Shown: one piece after another, positions 18,502 through 28,205 of the stretch
Numbering within the stretch: position 1 is the first letter of the stretch
How the letters are laid out: each line of letters starts with the position of its first letter
DNA from: an uncultured bacterium
Lineage (GTDB): Bacteria; Abyssobacteria; SURF-5
Reading direction: 5' to 3'
DNA: 64,000 nucleotides
Assembly: GCA_964607485.1 (NCBI GenBank)
Contig: CAZSKP010000001.1
Span: forward strand, 64,001-128,000
Made by a program: the position numbers and the translations under genes
Notes under the pieces: model-generated
What the model was told of the DNA's origin: nothing
What the model saw: the letters and a program-made list of their open reading frames with translations, nothing else
The model's database searches: none

Positions 18502-20223
18502 GTGTACGATGAACTGAACAGGATAGAAAAAGCCGTCTTTGATGTTCTGTCGGTCATCCTGGTCCTTTTCTACGCCTATTCCGCCGTTTTGAGGCCGGCT
18601 GCGACTCAGTATCACCGAGGCATCTATTGCCTCATAACGTATGTCCTTGTCTTTCTCGTCTACAAATCACACCACAAGTTCTTGCGAGCTGTTGACTACG
18701 TCCTGATTGTCTTTTCGATCGTGACCATCGGATATTGGATTCTGAACTTCGAGGCAATCAATTATCGGGCCGGAGCAGAAACAGTACTTGACCAGACAAT
18801 TGCCGTAATCGGTGTCCTGACCGGAATAGAACTGGCCAGAAGGGTAGTGGGGCTTCCTTTTGTGATTATCGGCAGTGTGCTCCTGGTCTACGGTGTCTTT
18901 GGGCCGTACATGCCTGACCTTATTGCTCATCCCGGCGACACGTTCGTAGGATTGTGCACCACCTGCTTCTTCAAGAGCGACGGTGTGTTCGGCATTATGG
19001 CAAATGTGCTCGCGACGTATGTGCTTTTGTTTGTGCTGTTCGGCGCATTTCTGGAAAAGTCGGGCGCACAGCGCTTCTTCCTTGATTTTCCCTTGGCGGC
19101 GGTAGGGCACAGGACAGGGGGACCGGCCAAAGTATCCGTCCTGGCAAGCGCGCTCTTCGGTTCGATATCCGGCAGCGCCATCGCCAATACGGTGTCCACG
19201 GGCGCTTTCACCATTCCCATGATGAAAAAGGCGGGATTTCGCCCGCATGTGGCCGGCGGAATCGAGCCCGCTGCGTCCATTGCGGGAATGTTCCTTCCTC
19301 CAATCATGGGCGCCGGCGGCTTCATCATGGCGGAGCTTACGGGTGTTCCGTATTCCAGGATCATGCTCATCGCCGTTTTCCCCGCTCTTATGTATGTGTT
19401 CAGCGTATTCGTCATGGTGCATTTTGAGGCCAAGATGCATAACATTAGGGGCGAGAAAAGCGAACATAGCGCCATGCAGATTTTGAAGAAGGAATGGTAC
19501 TACACGCTGCCATTGATTATCATCTTCATTTTGATGCTGAAGGGCTACTCTGCGGGTTTTGCGGCCGTGATGGGAATTCTTTCATGTCTCGTGTTAAGTT
19601 GGCTGAAAAGAGAAACAAGAATCGGCCCAAGGAGATTTGTGGAGGCCTCGAGAGCCGGGGCGGAAAACAGCCTGAGAATAGGAGCCACCGTCGGAGTGAT
19701 CGGAATCATAATAGCCGTTCTGACATTTTCCGGGCTCATCCTGACTTTTGCCGATATAGTTATCCAACTCGCGGCCGGAAGGCTGTGGCTGACGATTCTT
19801 CTTATTGCACTGGCCTCCCTGGTTCTCGGAATGGGGGTACCTGTCACGGCCGCGTATCTCATCACCGCTGTGGTTGCGGTCCCGGCTCTTGTTCATCTTG
19901 GCGTGAACGAGGTCGCAGCTCACATGATCGTCTATTGGCTGTCGCAAGATTCCAACATTACTCCGCCGGTGTGCATAGCTGTCTTCGCCGGCGCTACGAT
20001 TGCCAAGGCGAACATGTGGAGAACCGCATTCTCCTCGTTCAAATTTGCGAAGTTTCTGTATCTATCACCCTTCTTGTTCGGATATGTCCCCGGCTACACG
20101 CTGAATGGGAGCAACATGGACATATTGAAAAGCTTCGTGTTGATTATAGTCGGAACCTATTTGTTCTCCTACATCACAAGCTTCCACTGGTGGTACTATT
20201 TGAAAGGAAGGAAGAATCGCTGA
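18502..20223 (+). CDS. TRAP transporter fused 4TM/12TM permease (TAXI type)
   Basis: GGPAKVSV, FGSISGSAIANTVSTG..TIPMMKK, PPIMGAGGF, LGMGVP, ITPPV. Confidence 0.95.
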   Translation: MYDELNRIEKAVFDVLSVILVLFYAYSAVLRPAATQYHRGIYCLITYVLVFLVYKSHHKFLRAVDYVLIVFSIVTIGYWILNFEAINYRAGAETVLDQTIAVIGVLTGIELARRVVGLPFVIIGSVLLVYGVFGPYMPDLIAHPGDTFVGLCTTCFFKSDGVFGIMANVLATYVLLFVLFGAFLEKSGAQRFFLDFPLAAVGHRTGGPAKVSVLASALFGSISGSAIANTVSTGAFTIPMMKKAGFRPHVAGGIEPAASIAGMFLPPIMGAGGFIMAELTGVPYSRIMLIAVFPALMYVFSVFVMVHFEAKMHNIRGEKSEHSAMQILKKEWYYTLPLIIIFILMLKGYSAGFAAVMGILSCLVLSWLKRETRIGPRRFVEASRAGAENSLRIGATVGVIGIIIAVLTFSGLILTFADIVIQLAAGRLWLTILLIALASLVLGMGVPVTAAYLITAVVAVPALVHLGVNEVAAHMIVYWLSQDSNITPPVCIAVFAGATIAKANMWRTAFSSFKFAKFLYLSPFLFGYVPGYTLNGSNMDILKSFVLIIVGTYLFSYITSFHWWYYLKGRKNR

Positions 20224-20259
20224 ATCCCGGGTGCCGCAAAATACACTGTTGCTCGTTAG

Positions 20260-20288
20260 TTGACACCCTGCGGGTTCAGAGTTATAGT
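20260..20288 (+). promoter_or_regulatory. Putative sigma70 promoter
   Basis: TTGACA-N17-TATAGT. Confidence 0.7.
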
Positions 20289-20377
20289 ATCTCCTATTCA
20301 TCGTTCGCTTGTGACGGGAGATGTAAGCCTGTGACGGAGATGCTCAACCGCAAGATTCAGTTGAAGGAGCCCTGACA

Positions 20378-21931
20378 ATGTCCCTGATAAAGAAGATAGG
20401 CGCTCTCGTTGTCACCGTAGCTCTTCTCGTAGTCCTCTTTGTCTACTATGGGCGGATGACCGCCTACCGGGATTCGTTCGACCGTCGCGACGTTTTGATC
20501 GCGGGCTCCATACCCGCACAGATATACCTGCCCGCGACGGAGAAGCCGCCCATCGTAGTTGTCGCGCACGGATTCACTGCGGACAAAGAGATGATGCAAT
20601 CGCTTGCATACAGCCTGGTCCGAGACGGATTCGCCGTCGTGACGTTTGATTTCCGAGGACACGGACAGAACGTCACGGGCTTCGACCCTAACCGGCTTCA
20701 AGAGGATATGGCGCATGTTGTCGCTTTTTGTAGAAACTTGGACAAGAACATGCCCGTGCCCTTCGGCCGGAGGTTCAAAGAAGTCGATACGAAGCGAATC
20801 GCTATAATCGGCCACTCGATGGGTGGCGGCGCGGTGGTGACCTACGGTGTCGGCGATCCGACCATCGATGCGACCGTGCCCATTTCCGGTGTCGCCGCCA
20901 GAGTGACGGACATCCGGCCAAAAGATCTCTTCATCATTTACGCCGAGAATGATCCCCCCGACCTTCGTCAAGCGGCCAGGAAAATGCTGGAGGATTCCAC
21001 TGACGAGGAACAGACCGCCCCCGATACGACGTACGGTTCATTCGACAACGGCTCGGCACGCCGGCTGAGCATGGTCAAAGGGACGGACCACCTCACGATC
21101 TTGATTTCTGCGGACGCTCAAGGACAGATACTGAACTGGCTGCATCAGGTGTGGAATATTCCATCCACGAATACAAAGGTCTCAGACCCCAGGCTGGCTT
21201 GGGCGGGATGGGCGTACGTTTTCTCGTTCCTGCTGTTCTTCTGTTGCTGCTATGCGTTGTCCTGGTACCTGCCCACTATCCCCACACGGTCCGGCCTCGC
21301 GGTGGTGCTGAATCTGGTCCTTTTTGCGATTGTCTGTTTCCTGACGCTGTTCGTCATCATGCTGGCGCTGCCGCTGTCGTTCCTGCCGATGCCCGTGGGA
21401 GACTACCTCGTCTCGTACTTCTTCGTCGCGGGGATTATCTATTTCCTGGTGGCGTCATGGAGGGGAAACATCGAGTTCGCCGACTTCGCCTCGCATCCGG
21501 CGAGGACGCTCTTCGCGGCATTTGTGCTGTTCCTGCTCGTTTACCTGACCTTTGGGTCGATCACGACGGAGACATGGTTTCGCCAGCTCTTCACGGGTCA
21601 AAGGCTTCTCTGGGCGCTGGTGATGCTGCCGCTGCTTCTCCCGTTCTTCATTGCGTTCGAGGCTTCCTTCAAGCGCGGGAACACGCTAGTGGCTCTGATC
21701 GCTTCGCTGCTCGGAGTCTTCATTGCTCTTGGGATGATCGTTGTGAGCGTCGGGCTGCGATTGACCGACGATTTTGTCATGCTGATCATCATTCCGATGG
21801 TGCTCTACAACATCATCTTTCAATTATTCTCGGTATATATTTACCACCTGAGCAGGAATTACTTTATCACAGCCGTGTTTAATGCCATGATTATGGCGTG
21901 GCAGTACGCCGTCCTGTTCCCGATCCGTTGA
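20378..21931 (+). CDS. Alpha/beta-fold hydrolase with N-terminal anchor and C-terminal multi-TM domain
   Basis: HGF oxyanion motif, DFRGHG, nucleophile elbow GHSMGG, late DH; hydrophobic C-terminal half. Confidence 0.88.
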   Translation: MSLIKKIGALVVTVALLVVLFVYYGRMTAYRDSFDRRDVLIAGSIPAQIYLPATEKPPIVVVAHGFTADKEMMQSLAYSLVRDGFAVVTFDFRGHGQNVTGFDPNRLQEDMAHVVAFCRNLDKNMPVPFGRRFKEVDTKRIAIIGHSMGGGAVVTYGVGDPTIDATVPISGVAARVTDIRPKDLFIIYAENDPPDLRQAARKMLEDSTDEEQTAPDTTYGSFDNGSARRLSMVKGTDHLTILISADAQGQILNWLHQVWNIPSTNTKVSDPRLAWAGWAYVFSFLLFFCCCYALSWYLPTIPTRSGLAVVLNLVLFAIVCFLTLFVIMLALPLSFLPMPVGDYLVSYFFVAGIIYFLVASWRGNIEFADFASHPARTLFAAFVLFLLVYLTFGSITTETWFRQLFTGQRLLWALVMLPLLLPFFIAFEASFKRGNTLVALIASLLGVFIALGMIVVSVGLRLTDDFVMLIIIPMVLYNIIFQLFSVYIYHLSRNYFITAVFNAMIMAWQYAVLFPIR

Positions 21932-21981
21932 GTTACCAAGGGAACCTATCCGCCGGCGGACTTGAACAACCGCGCCGAGAA

Positions 21982-22545
21982 TCAAGCCGATTTGCTGAGC
22001 TTGACGGCTGTGCCGTAGGCAAAGAGCTCGGCGGCGGTTCCTACAACGCTGGTGGTCATGTAGCGGACATTTATTACTGCGTCCGCTCCCATTTCTTGCG
22101 CCTGGGCAATCATCCTGTCGGTTGCTACCTTGCGCGCTCTCCCCATCATGTCCGTATATTCGGTTATCTCGCCGCCAAGGATCAACCGAATCAGGGCAGA
22201 CAGGTCTTTCCCGAGCCAGATTGCATATATCGTGTTTCCCTGGACCATGCCTAGGCTCTCGCTTATTTCCTGGCCCGGCAGCTCCCAGAAGCTCGACAGC
22301 ACCATCGATGGGCGGGGCTCAACGGCCGCAGGCTCAGGCGGCGGCAACCTTCTTCCACTCTGTTCAACAGCCACCGTCAGTAGGACCAAGAGTATGCCGC
22401 CCAACAGGGAGTAGACCGCTATCCTGAGCCACCAGGGTATGACCGGATCGTCCGAAACAGTCACGTGCCAGGGCACCCCGATAAACACGACCGTGAACAG
22501 TCCGATGACAAAGCCAAGCGTACCTACGTATCTCAGTGTTTTCAT
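21982..22545 (-). CDS. YbjQ/UPF0145-family protein with two N-terminal TM helices
   Basis: GGEITEY..ARKVA..M..AQEMGADAVINVRY..AYGTAVK. Confidence 0.88.
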   Translation of the reverse strand: MKTLRYVGTLGFVIGLFTVVFIGVPWHVTVSDDPVIPWWLRIAVYSLLGGILLVLLTVAVEQSGRRLPPPEPAAVEPRPSMVLSSFWELPGQEISESLGMVQGNTIYAIWLGKDLSALIRLILGGEITEYTDMMGRARKVATDRMIAQAQEMGADAVINVRYMTTSVVGTAAELFAYGTAVKLSKSA

Positions 22546-22573
22546 AAACCCTCCCACAAAGTTGTCTTCACGC

Positions 22574-23632
22574 TTACGTTGGTTTCCTCGCCGTGATGGC
22601 GCTCCGATGCGCCGCCGTCGGTGTGAACCTCACGTCGGAAAAGCCCGCCTCTTCGAGCATGGCTTGCATTTCCGATATCGAATAGCATTTCCCTTCGGTT
22701 GAGAACATCAGAAGCACAGAGTATTCGGCCACCGGCAAGGGGCCGTCTTTCTCAGCGCGAAGATGAGCGTCGTGGATTACTACCATTCCCCCCGGCTCGA
22801 GGTTCCGGTATGAATTCTCCAGGAGTCTTCTCACGTTGTCACAGTCCCAGTCGTGCAGTACGTGCGAGAACAGATGAACGTCGAATCCCGCAGGAAGTTC
22901 GTCGTCAAACATGTCACCTGGTATGACTGATATTCGAGTGGAGAGATTTCTCTTCTCCATCAAGGATTTGGCGATACCGTCCACCGGCGACTTTTCAAAA
23001 ACAGCAGCCGAGAGATGAGGGTGTTGCAGCGCGAAGGCCGACGCATAGACTCCGGACCCGCCGGCGACATCTAATAATCGCTGATGCTTCGATAGGTCGA
23101 TTGCTCTTGCCAGCGCGGGCGCAAGATACGCGCCCCGGCTGTCCATGCCGGCCGTGAAGGATTCGGCAAAGTCCCCCCGTGCCATTGCGTGAACCCATTC
23201 CTTTTCGTCCTTCTTCGCTCCCCAGGACGCCGGCTTTCCCGTTCTCAGGACATTCAGCATATCGTGGCAAATGGGCCGCTCCTTCAATGAAGCGACATAA
23301 GGACCCAGATACCACTGGGACGAATCGGTCAGGTGCTCGTGCGCGAGCGCGGTCAGATGAAACCGGCCGTCCTTCTCTTGTATGAGATCCCACGACTTGA
23401 AAAGGGTGAGCATCACATCGGCGGGTCGTTGTTGAATGCGAAGCGAGGAGCTGATTTCGTCCACGGTGGCCGGATTGCCCCGAAGCCAGGAAAAGAAGTT
23501 GAGATGGCCGACGGCTGCTATAAACAGATCAGGAGCGTACACGCTGTCCCTGAGCCTGAAAAGACTGGCTGGGTCCGATGATGGGAACGCAGCGGAATTG
23601 TCCGCCTCCATGGCCGGCCTCCCTTTGCCCAT
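22574..23632 (-). CDS. SAM-dependent O-methyltransferase (dimerisation plus Methyltransf_2 type)
   Basis: LLDVAGGSG, GDMF, SHVLHDW, LEPGG; start may be 23611. Confidence 0.9.
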   Translation of the reverse strand: MGKGRPAMEADNSAAFPSSDPASLFRLRDSVYAPDLFIAAVGHLNFFSWLRGNPATVDEISSSLRIQQRPADVMLTLFKSWDLIQEKDGRFHLTALAHEHLTDSSQWYLGPYVASLKERPICHDMLNVLRTGKPASWGAKKDEKEWVHAMARGDFAESFTAGMDSRGAYLAPALARAIDLSKHQRLLDVAGGSGVYASAFALQHPHLSAAVFEKSPVDGIAKSLMEKRNLSTRISVIPGDMFDDELPAGFDVHLFSHVLHDWDCDNVRRLLENSYRNLEPGGMVVIHDAHLRAEKDGPLPVAEYSVLLMFSTEGKCYSISEMQAMLEEAGFSDVRFTPTAAHRSAITARKPT

Positions 23633-23659
23633 CGGCGCGCGAGCCGCTCCTGTTTCACA

Positions 23660-25054
23660 TCAGCTATTCTGTCCGACCAACTCCCTCACGAACTCGTCGA
23701 AGACCTTGGCGTATTGCTCGACGTCGGCCCGCGTGCTGTCGGTGGAAACGAGCGCCATCTCGTGAACCGGCGTGAGCATGATGCCTCGATTCATGAAGTA
23801 TATGTGAGAGAGCGCCTCGACGGGCCCGGTCAAGGTCTGCGTGATGTCTTCGGCGTCCATGGTGAGCAGAGCTTCGCCACCGTTCTTGGGGGGTTCCGGG
23901 GTGAAGCGGAATTCCACTCTGCAGCCGACGCGGCCCACGTACCACGGCAGGTCCACGGACTGTATGGATTCGATCATGCTCTTCTGCAGCCATTCGGCCA
24001 GCGCAATCGTGTGCCCGTACACTTCCTCGGTCATGAGGTTTTCGAGCGTCGCTCTCATCGCGGCAATCGCCATGGGATTCCCCGACAATGTTCCTCCGAA
24101 GCCGAAGAAGTTCCCCCACGCCGGCCGGGCATTCAGCATCTCGCCGATTTCCTTGTTGACGCCTCCAACAGCGCCGGGGATGCCGCCGCCGAGAGGCTTC
24201 CCGAGCGTGAGCATGTCAGGCTCCAGCTTGAGAATTCCCGTGAGCCCTGCCGGGCCGGCGCAGATCGTATGCGTCTCGTCGATCAGCAACACCGTCCCGT
24301 AGCGGCGCGTCAATTCCCTCATCGCCTCGTGATAGCCGGGGTCGGGCTGTATTATTCCAATGTTGGTCATTGCCGGCTCGGTTATCATAATAGCGATATC
24401 TTGCGGCGCCAGCGCCTTTTCGAGGGCGTCCACGTCGTTGAATTCGACGATGCGCGTCACCTTCGAGGGGTCCTCAAACGCAGGCCCCATCTGAAGAGGC
24501 AGGTAGGTCGGATCCTCATCGAAACCGAGAAAGCACAGCGTCTCGTCCACGCTTCCGTGGTACGTGCCGTTCACCGTCAGGACCATCCTTCTGCCCGTGA
24601 ATTCGCGCGCCACCTTGATGAGCATTCGGTTCACGTCGCTCGCCGTCATGAAGACGTGCCAGTATGGAAGGCCGAAACGATTTGTCAACTCCTCCGCCAC
24701 GTAGATGGCGTCTTCTGTGGGAAGCATCGTCGTGATGCCCCGCTTGCTTATCTGCTCCATCACCGCCTTGATCACCGGCTCCGGCGAATGCCCGTACAAC
24801 GCCCCCGTGTCGCCCAGACACAGGTCGAGATACTCATGCCCGTCGACATCAGTCAGCCGAGACCCCCGTGCTTCCTTCACAAAGACGGGAAACGGCCCCA
24901 CCCAGATGCGCATCCAGCTCATCGGAACGCCGCCAAGCAGCGATTTCTTCGCTCTCTCGTGCAATTTTTTCGACTTCGGCCGCTCTGCGACGTACCGTTC
25001 GACCTCACGCTCCATCAGCGTCTCTACTCTTGCTTTGTCAATTTCCTGCACCAA
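23660..25054 (-). CDS. Class III PLP aminotransferase (GSA-aminomutase-like, probably not canonical HemL)
   Basis: DVDGHEYLD, YHG, LLIDETHT, PDMLTLGKPLGGG, GGTLSGNP; lacks the HemL NSGTEA motif (MTASDVN instead). Confidence 0.88.
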   Translation of the reverse strand: MVQEIDKARVETLMEREVERYVAERPKSKKLHERAKKSLLGGVPMSWMRIWVGPFPVFVKEARGSRLTDVDGHEYLDLCLGDTGALYGHSPEPVIKAVMEQISKRGITTMLPTEDAIYVAEELTNRFGLPYWHVFMTASDVNRMLIKVAREFTGRRMVLTVNGTYHGSVDETLCFLGFDEDPTYLPLQMGPAFEDPSKVTRIVEFNDVDALEKALAPQDIAIMITEPAMTNIGIIQPDPGYHEAMRELTRRYGTVLLIDETHTICAGPAGLTGILKLEPDMLTLGKPLGGGIPGAVGGVNKEIGEMLNARPAWGNFFGFGGTLSGNPMAIAAMRATLENLMTEEVYGHTIALAEWLQKSMIESIQSVDLPWYVGRVGCRVEFRFTPEPPKNGGEALLTMDAEDITQTLTGPVEALSHIYFMNRGIMLTPVHEMALVSTDSTRADVEQYAKVFDEFVRELVGQNS

Positions 25055-25200
25055 CGGAACAACCTCCTCTCAACTTTTCCCACTACCTCATGTCGAGCCT
25101 GCTCTGACCGACGCGGTCAGCAACCGATTGAACTGTGCTCGGCCCGGCCAGCTTCTCGGTAAAGTATACACCATCCGGGGCCATTCAACCAAGCATACTG

Positions 25201-25229
25201 TTGACAGGCTTCGCAAACAATCATATACT
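25201..25229 (+). promoter_or_regulatory. Putative sigma70 promoter for the maturase-sulfatase operon
   Basis: TTGACA-N17-TATACT. Confidence 0.75.
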
Positions 25230-25318
25230 GCGAGTCAGTGATGCTCGAAGCTCAACGCCGGCCAAGCGGTGTTGTTCGAGCGAATCCGGGAACAGAAGAC
25301 AAATGCTGAAGAGAATCG

Positions 25319-26608
25319 ATGCCGACCGCTGACGCCCCGCCCGCTTTTCATGTGATGGCCAAGCCTCGGGGAGCCGTCTGCAACCTCGAGTGCCGGTACT
25401 GTTTCTTTCTCAAGAAAGAGAAGCTCTACCCGGGCAGCGATTTTCGGATGTCCGACGAGGTACTCGAAAGCTATATCCGCCAGATGCTCGAGGCGCATCA
25501 AGCACAGCGCGTGACCATCGCGTGGCAGGGTGGCGAGCCGACTCTCATGGGCCTCGATTTCTTTCGGAAATCCATTGAATACCAACGCAAATATCAGAAG
25601 CCCGGCACTGTTATCGAAAACACGATCCAGACTAACGGCGTTCTCATCGATGAAGAGTGGTGCCGGTTCCTCCACGAGCACACGTTTCTGGTCGGGCTCA
25701 GCCTCGATGGCCCCGAGGAATTGCACAACGCCTATCGAATGGACAAGGCCGGCCGGCCGGTTTTTGATAAGGTGATGCGGGCGGCTCGGCTGATGCAGCA
25801 GCACGAGGTGGAATTCAACATCCTGGCGACCGTCAACGCCGCCAATGCCGACCATCCTCTGGAGGTGTACCGGTTTTTTCGCGACGTGGTCGGAGCACGG
25901 TTCATTCAGTTCATACCCATTGTCGAGCGCGACAACGAGTCGGGCTTCGTCGAGGGGAACGCGGTCACGGAACGCTCCGTGAAGCCGGAGCAATACGGTC
26001 GTTTTCTCATCGCTATCTTTGACGAATGGGTACGACGAGACGTCGGCCGCATGTTTGTCAATCACTTCGACGCGGCGCTGGCCTCGTGGGCGGGAGCGCC
26101 TCCTGCGACGTGCGTCACCGCGCCCACGTGCGGTTTTGCGATGGTGCTGGAGCACAACGGCGATCTCTACTCGTGCGACCATTTCGTCGAGCCGAAGTAC
26201 CTTTTGGGCAACATCGTCGAACAACCCCTGACTGAACTTGCGACGTCTGAGAAGCAGCGCACATTCGGCCGGGACAAGCGGGACACGCTGCCCCGCCACT
26301 GCCGCGATTGCGAGTTTCTTTTCGCGTGTCATGGCGAGTGTCCGAAGAATCGACTCCTGGAAACGCCGGATGGCGAGCCGGGCCTCAACTATCTCTGTGC
26401 CGGTTTGAAATTGCTTTTCGCTCATATCGACCGGCCCATGAAGATCATGACGGAACTCTTGCGGAGGAGGCAGCCGCCTGCGGAAATCATGCGCATCCTT
26501 GCGGGGGAGGAGGCCCAGCTGAAGCGCGCCCTCGCAGCGGCGAAGCGGAACGACCCATGCCCGTGCGGAAGTGGACTCAAATTCAAGCGCTGCCACGGAA
26601 AGGGCTGA
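25319..26608 (+). CDS. Anaerobic sulfatase maturase (radical SAM/SPASM) with C-terminal SEC-C motif
   Basis: CNLECRYC, WQGGEP, YSCDHF, CRDC..C.GECP, RNDPCPCGSGLKFKRCHG. Confidence 0.96.
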   Translation: MPTADAPPAFHVMAKPRGAVCNLECRYCFFLKKEKLYPGSDFRMSDEVLESYIRQMLEAHQAQRVTIAWQGGEPTLMGLDFFRKSIEYQRKYQKPGTVIENTIQTNGVLIDEEWCRFLHEHTFLVGLSLDGPEELHNAYRMDKAGRPVFDKVMRAARLMQQHEVEFNILATVNAANADHPLEVYRFFRDVVGARFIQFIPIVERDNESGFVEGNAVTERSVKPEQYGRFLIAIFDEWVRRDVGRMFVNHFDAALASWAGAPPATCVTAPTCGFAMVLEHNGDLYSCDHFVEPKYLLGNIVEQPLTELATSEKQRTFGRDKRDTLPRHCRDCEFLFACHGECPKNRLLETPDGEPGLNYLCAGLKLLFAHIDRPMKIMTELLRRRQPPAEIMRILAGEEAQLKRALAAAKRNDPCPCGSGLKFKRCHGKG

Positions 26609-26639
26609 TGCAGGCGACATGCCGGACGGAGGAGAGGAA

Positions 26640-28013
26640 ATGAAAAAAGATTCCAAGCGCCCCAACATCGTCTATTTCCTGTGCGACAACCTCGGTTTCG
26701 GAGAGCTGGGGTGTTACGGCGGCGGGATTCTGCGGGGGGTCGAGACGAAACGTCTTGACCAATTCGCCGATGAAGGGCTCAAGCTGCTCAACTTCGCGCC
26801 CGAGGCGCAGTGCACGCCCACCCGTTCCGCGCTGATGACGGGCCGCTACGCCATTCGCTCCGGCACGCATACCGTTGCGCTGGCGGGTTCCGGCGGAGGC
26901 ATCGTGGCATGGGAGCGGACGATGGGCGACATCTTGGCGGAGGCGGGTTACGCCACCGCGATCTACGGCAAATGGCACATCGGGACGGAAAAGGGGCGCT
27001 GGCCGACCGACCACGGCTTCGATGAGTGGTACGGCATACCGCGCAGCTACGACGAGTGTCTCTGGCCGGACGACCCGTGGTACGACCCCAACCGCGACCC
27101 CGCCTCGCATGTGCTCGAATGCCGAAAGGGCGAGGACGTGCAGGCGGTGAAGCAACAGACTCTTGAGGTCCGGCGCAACATCGACGTCGAATACATGGAG
27201 CGGGCAAAGAAATTCCTCAAGCGGAGCGTGAAGGCAAGCACGCCGTTCTTCCTCTATTTCAACCACTCGATGCTTCACCTGCCGACTGTGCCGCGAGACG
27301 AATTCAAGGGGAAGACCGGCAACGACGACTATGCCGACTCTACGCTGGAGCTCGACTCGGACTTCGGCGTCCTGCTCGACTATCTCGACGAGCTGGGAGT
27401 CGCCGACAATACCATCGTCGTCTTCTCGGGAGACAACGGCCCCGAGGAGCTGGAGCCGTGGCGGGGCACTTCGGGATTTTTCGAGGGCTCATATTTCACG
27501 GGAATGGAGGGCTCGCTGCGGACGCCATGCCTCGTTCGTTACCCGGGCAGAGTGCCGGCAGGCCGCCAGAGCAACGAGATCGTTCACATCACCGATATGT
27601 TTACCACGCTGCTGAGATGGGCCGGCTGCGAGATACCGTCCGACCGCGCCATCGACGGCATCGACCAGCGGGCGTTCTTCGAGGGCAGGCAGGAGAATTC
27701 AAGTCGGGAGGGGTTCCCCTTCTGGAACGGGCCGACGCTTTACGGAGTCAAGTGGCGCAACTTCAAGGCCAAGATGATGGAGCAGCGGTACTACACCGAC
27801 CCGGCCCTTCCGATTCCCAACCCGAATCTGGTGAACCTGACCGTTGACCCGAAGGAGCGAAAGCCGCTCAACTATCCGCACCTGCACTCGTGGGTGGGTT
27901 TCCACATGATGCTCATCCTCATGCAATTTCAGGAGAGCGTGCAGAGGGAGCCGCTCATCCCGCCCGGAGCGCCCGTGGACTATGTGCCCAGGCCGCCGAA
28001 ATCGACGCAATGA
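26640..28013 (+). CDS. Arylsulfatase (Cys-type)
   Basis: RPNIV, QCTPTRSALMTG, GKWHIG, SGDNGP, EGSLRTP; SD GGAGAGG. Confidence 0.95.
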   Translation: MKKDSKRPNIVYFLCDNLGFGELGCYGGGILRGVETKRLDQFADEGLKLLNFAPEAQCTPTRSALMTGRYAIRSGTHTVALAGSGGGIVAWERTMGDILAEAGYATAIYGKWHIGTEKGRWPTDHGFDEWYGIPRSYDECLWPDDPWYDPNRDPASHVLECRKGEDVQAVKQQTLEVRRNIDVEYMERAKKFLKRSVKASTPFFLYFNHSMLHLPTVPRDEFKGKTGNDDYADSTLELDSDFGVLLDYLDELGVADNTIVVFSGDNGPEELEPWRGTSGFFEGSYFTGMEGSLRTPCLVRYPGRVPAGRQSNEIVHITDMFTTLLRWAGCEIPSDRAIDGIDQRAFFEGRQENSSREGFPFWNGPTLYGVKWRNFKAKMMEQRYYTDPALPIPNPNLVNLTVDPKERKPLNYPHLHSWVGFHMMLILMQFQESVQREPLIPPGAPVDYVPRPPKSTQ

Positions 28014-28205
28014 GGCATTTCGCAGGTTTTACTATTTCGGCTCTTGGCAAGGTGCAGAATAGAAAACGTTACCTGCATTTCACTGGAAACGGAAACAACT
28101 GAAGAATCCCGGCGTAACCTTATAATATTTGCTTCGGCAGTTATTTTTCGCCTCCTTCAGAACGGCACCCTCGTCTGAAAGGTATGCGTGCTCGCTGCTG
28201 ACAGC

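Noticed and set aside
23660-25054. Calling the aminotransferase hemL
   Set aside because: It lacks the HemL-specific GGVNSPVR/NSGTEA motifs and has no tetrapyrrole gene context.
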